Positions 61,001-64,000 of a DNA stretch of 64,000 bases are shown one piece after another (position 1 is the first letter of the stretch; the number at the start of each line of letters is the position of its first letter). This stretch comes from Barthelona sp. PCE. Lineage: Eukaryota. The stretch is from contig JAUFOR010000002.1 in assembly GCA_040285745.1 (NCBI GenBank), positions 620,001-684,000 of the forward strand. Reading direction: 5' to 3'. Under the pieces are notes generated by a model. That model was not told the DNA's origin. It did not search any database and saw nothing but the letters and a program-made list of their open reading frames with translations. A program made the position numbers and the translations under genes.

Positions 61001-62989
61001 TTATTCTTCAACCTGAGTAATCAGTAACAAAGAAGCTTCTGCAGCCTTTTGATCCCCGCACGGCAACTGCCCGTTAACTAGAGGCACTGTTGAATAATAG
61101 AAGAAGTCTTGATGATGCAAATAGGGCATTCTCTCAACAGCTTCTTCAAAATCTGCAATTTTCGAAAATGGAATGACGAGCACCATCGTATTCGAAAACA
61201 CTGCACTCAAAAGAGCAATGTCCTTCAGGTACTTGTCTTCAAACTTAAAGAGCTCTATGAGGCCTTTTGTTCCAAGCCATTCAAAAATGATATCCATACC
61301 TGCGTGACGCCCCGCATCGACAGAGGTTGGGACTTCCACCGGCATGGCGTTTGTGGTGAGGGAAGAAACAGAAACAACTGGGAAACCGCTAACATCAATC
61401 GGATGGATCTTATTCGCAAACACCGTATCGACATTAGCCTTCCGCCTAACCTGACCTTCTGGAGTCTTCCTTGCTCGGTTCTTGCGCACATTTTGCTTTA
61501 GCTCGTACACCTTTTCGTACAACAACTCACCAACCCACTCCATGTCGACGGTGAGTCGCCTGAATTCATCAAGGGTGAGACGTGCGAACATGGCCCCGTT
61601 CATGTTGAAACAGCGCCTGACTTCTTCAATGAGATCGTCGTTTGCCCTTTTACCTCCGCACCGTTTCACAGTCTCCCTCACGAAGCGGTTGACCATTGGT
61701 TTTGTCCATTTTAATGGGTTGTTCTTTGTGCTTGTAGCCGACTGTTTTGCAATATTCTTAACCCCAGACAGAAAGCGTAGGGTGGAAATTGAGTGCTTGC
61801 AATCCAAAGTGCTGGGACCAACACAACATATAACAACCGACCTGTGCCGGTTATCCAAGAAGCAGGGGCTCAGCATCATTGTCAGCTTCGACCCTCGAAC
61901 CGGAATCCTTGGCTTGCTTTCGCCAACCGCCCTCAGACAGTCTTTTAATGACATCAAGGACTTGTTAATCTTTGCAGCGTCACGCGTCTGCTCCTGGTCG
62001 TGATAGAGAGAGTCTGCAGCCCTCTCTGACCCGGCAAGATCGCAGCAGTTCAGGTAGGAGTATATTTGAGTACGACTTTGATGATCCTCTGTAACCATTT
62101 TTAATTCAAAAATTGCATGTGTTCTTGATGAATCCGCGTTACGGTTGGTTGCGGAGACTCTTCGAAATGAAGAACCAATATCAAGCGCTTCGATCACGTC
62201 TTCAACGTTTTCACACTCATAGTAAGTGATACCTCTCATCACCATCTTGCCATTAGCGTCCTCATTCGCAAACACTTCGTTCTTATTATTCAAAAGGTCA
62301 TAGAGGTGATCTCCGTCAACCTCGTAGTATGATGCGATGACGCGACAGTTCCTGATGATGGAAGAGGGGGATTCAGCAATTGCTTCAAAAAGGGCACCAG
62401 CCAAACGTTCTTGTAGATCGACAATCGTGTATGTTTTTCCGCTACCAGTCGCACCAAACGTGAATATGGTCGTGGATTGCCCGCCAATGAGCCCGTCAAC
62501 TATTCCAGATCCCATGGTATGATAAATCTCAGAATTGCTCGAGTTCTCACCAAATACAAAGTCTGCTCGGAATTTACGGTTCTCCATCTTGATACTTCCC
62601 GTTGTCATTGAAGATGTGCACTCGTGAACGTAGATCTGCGGTTGAGAGACAGAAATACAGTCATAATCACCAAGTGCAGATTCGCTATCAAACAATGGAC
62701 GCTTACGGAGCACAGTAGACAGTGTGGGGAAACGTCGCGGGTACTGTGCTGGTGGGTTGAGCTTGGATCTGAAGAGATTGATCTTGTTCATCATAGGACG
62801 AGAATGATCACGAGCAATCTGCAATGAATTGCTAACAACAGACTTCATGTGCGCCCTCGGCACGGGGGTGACACGTGTTGATGACCTGGATTTTGGTATG
62901 CGTGGTTTAGAACCCGAAGGTTTTAACCTTGATCTTGAACCAGAACGCTCGATCCGCGGTTCTGATTGCTTTGGTTTTTTTGAATACAT
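61001..62989 (-). CDS. Kinesin motor protein, kinesin-13-like (internal motor domain)
   Basis: VLRKRPL, P-loop GATGSGKTYT, NADSSRTHA, DLAGSER, INKSLMSLKDCLRA, RIPVRGSKLTMML. Basic N-terminal extension. Confidence 0.88.
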   Translation of the reverse strand: MYSKKPKQSEPRIERSGSRSRLKPSGSKPRIPKSRSSTRVTPVPRAHMKSVVSNSLQIARDHSRPMMNKINLFRSKLNPPAQYPRRFPTLSTVLRKRPLFDSESALGDYDCISVSQPQIYVHECTSSMTTGSIKMENRKFRADFVFGENSSNSEIYHTMGSGIVDGLIGGQSTTIFTFGATGSGKTYTIVDLQERLAGALFEAIAESPSSIIRNCRVIASYYEVDGDHLYDLLNNKNEVFANEDANGKMVMRGITYYECENVEDVIEALDIGSSFRRVSATNRNADSSRTHAIFELKMVTEDHQSRTQIYSYLNCCDLAGSERAADSLYHDQEQTRDAAKINKSLMSLKDCLRAVGESKPRIPVRGSKLTMMLSPCFLDNRHRSVVICCVGPSTLDCKHSISTLRFLSGVKNIAKQSATSTKNNPLKWTKPMVNRFVRETVKRCGGKRANDDLIEEVRRCFNMNGAMFARLTLDEFRRLTVDMEWVGELLYEKVYELKQNVRKNRARKTPEGQVRRKANVDTVFANKIHPIDVSGFPVVSVSSLTTNAMPVEVPTSVDAGRHAGMDIIFEWLGTKGLIELFKFEDKYLKDIALLSAVFSNTMVLVIPFSKIADFEEAVERMPYLHHQDFFYYSTVPLVNGQLPCGDQKAAEASLLLITQVEE

Positions 62990-63069
62990 TGCAACAAAGA
63001 AATTCGTTGACTTAAGAAAGTGAAAAAAGAATTAGCGCATGTTTTGTTATAACACAAATCACATCTATC

Positions 63070-63939
63070 ATGTCTTTTACAGACGAAAACTTTGCACGAC
63101 TCGATCACTTTCTGAGGGAATATGGCATAAACGCTGACATAAACGAGATACTCAATGTTGAGCACAGTTTTCACGGTTTACTTGTTCAGATAATGTGTTT
63201 ACATGCAGATGAGAACAAAACCAGGCTGATCCAATCTCTAACAATACATGAGTTCGCAGATCTGCTTCATTCCTTGAACATTCTACAAACGCCTTCATTG
63301 TTACCAAATGATGCATCAAAACGTCTTCAATTAATTGAAGATGTATGCCTGCTGGTACCCCATCTCAGCCCAGAAGAAGGTTGTGTTGAGGAGTACCGTT
63401 TATTACAAAGAATAGGTGAAAAAAGCAATGAAGTTTTTGAGCCGCTGTCGATATCAATTAATGGAGAACAAACTGTATGTACAGAGGACTTTAACCTCGA
63501 AAGCAGCATTCTAAAAATTGATATGTTACGTTGTGGACTTGAAGATCATGCAGAAGTTTTGCAAAATGTACTTGAAAAGGATAACCAAGAATTCCCTGAA
63601 AAAGAAAAGGTTCAGCTTGATTCTGAGGTGGCTGAGCTAATCACAATGGCTAAGGATGCGCTCCCTTCGGTGTTATCAATCTTTAAAAGCAATCTTATTT
63701 CCGATGAACCAGTTTCTATGCCAGAAGGATTTGATCACACAACATCGGAATTAAGAGCTTTGTGCGACCGTGTAGTGGGCATCAACGAGCTCATTTCCAC
63801 CATAACCGAGACACAAGAAACGCTTCAGGAGAAAAAACAGCTTCACAAGGAATTAAAAACAAAAATCTTTGAAATGCATCAAATCGTGCTTCAAAAGCAC
63901 CACTTAGCTTCTGCGCTTCCTACGTCGACGGCGAGGTAA
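63070..63939 (+). CDS. Hypothetical helical/coiled-coil protein (weak resemblance to augmin subunit HAUS7)
   Basis: ATG-initiated 289-aa ORF with a helical N-terminus and coiled-coil C-terminus. The HAUS7 resemblance is an impression only. Confidence 0.55.
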   Translation: MSFTDENFARLDHFLREYGINADINEILNVEHSFHGLLVQIMCLHADENKTRLIQSLTIHEFADLLHSLNILQTPSLLPNDASKRLQLIEDVCLLVPHLSPEEGCVEEYRLLQRIGEKSNEVFEPLSISINGEQTVCTEDFNLESSILKIDMLRCGLEDHAEVLQNVLEKDNQEFPEKEKVQLDSEVAELITMAKDALPSVLSIFKSNLISDEPVSMPEGFDHTTSELRALCDRVVGINELISTITETQETLQEKKQLHKELKTKIFEMHQIVLQKHHLASALPTSTAR

Positions 63940-64000
63940 TGGTGGTTGTCCCATTTCTTCATACAAAGCATCTTGTCCTTGTCCTTCAAGCAGAGGCTTC

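Noticed and set aside
1-64000. tRNA, rRNA, CRISPR arrays or prokaryotic operon/defence systems
   Set aside because: None recognised by eye; the gene content is clearly eukaryotic. A covariance-model search could still reveal small ncRNAs in the larger spacers (36607-37113, 42721-43431, 52005-52642).

Overview
Gene-dense, intron-poor eukaryotic DNA read with the standard genetic code. It probably comes from an anaerobic protist: it encodes a strongly codon-biased ADP-forming acetyl-CoA synthetase/GNAT fusion, and its introns fuse the branch point to the 3' splice site as in Giardia and Trichomonas. A metamonad-like host is inference only. About 25 protein genes are separated by very short spacers. 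They include RPL10, SEC23, VPS29, U2AF65, a CCA-adding enzyme, a Hrd1-like RING E3, a PIG-H-like protein, a BEACH protein with a probable BEACH-less tandem paralogue, a multi-PAS hybrid histidine kinase, an ankyrin pseudokinase with a CaaX box, a stand-alone FERM protein, a kinesin-13-like motor and a 2.2-kaa uncharacterised protein. Two things are missed by the ORF track. (1) A 1,536-bp hAT DNA transposon (40002-41537) has 131-bp TIRs, a perfect 8-bp target-site duplication and a decayed transposase frame. (2) Three spliceosomal introns (RPL10, VPS29, FERM) all sit in or directly after the start codon and share GTATG...CTHACAYYYAG boundaries, while the multi-kb ORFs appear uninterrupted. All calls come from motif recognition by eye; no database searches were run.
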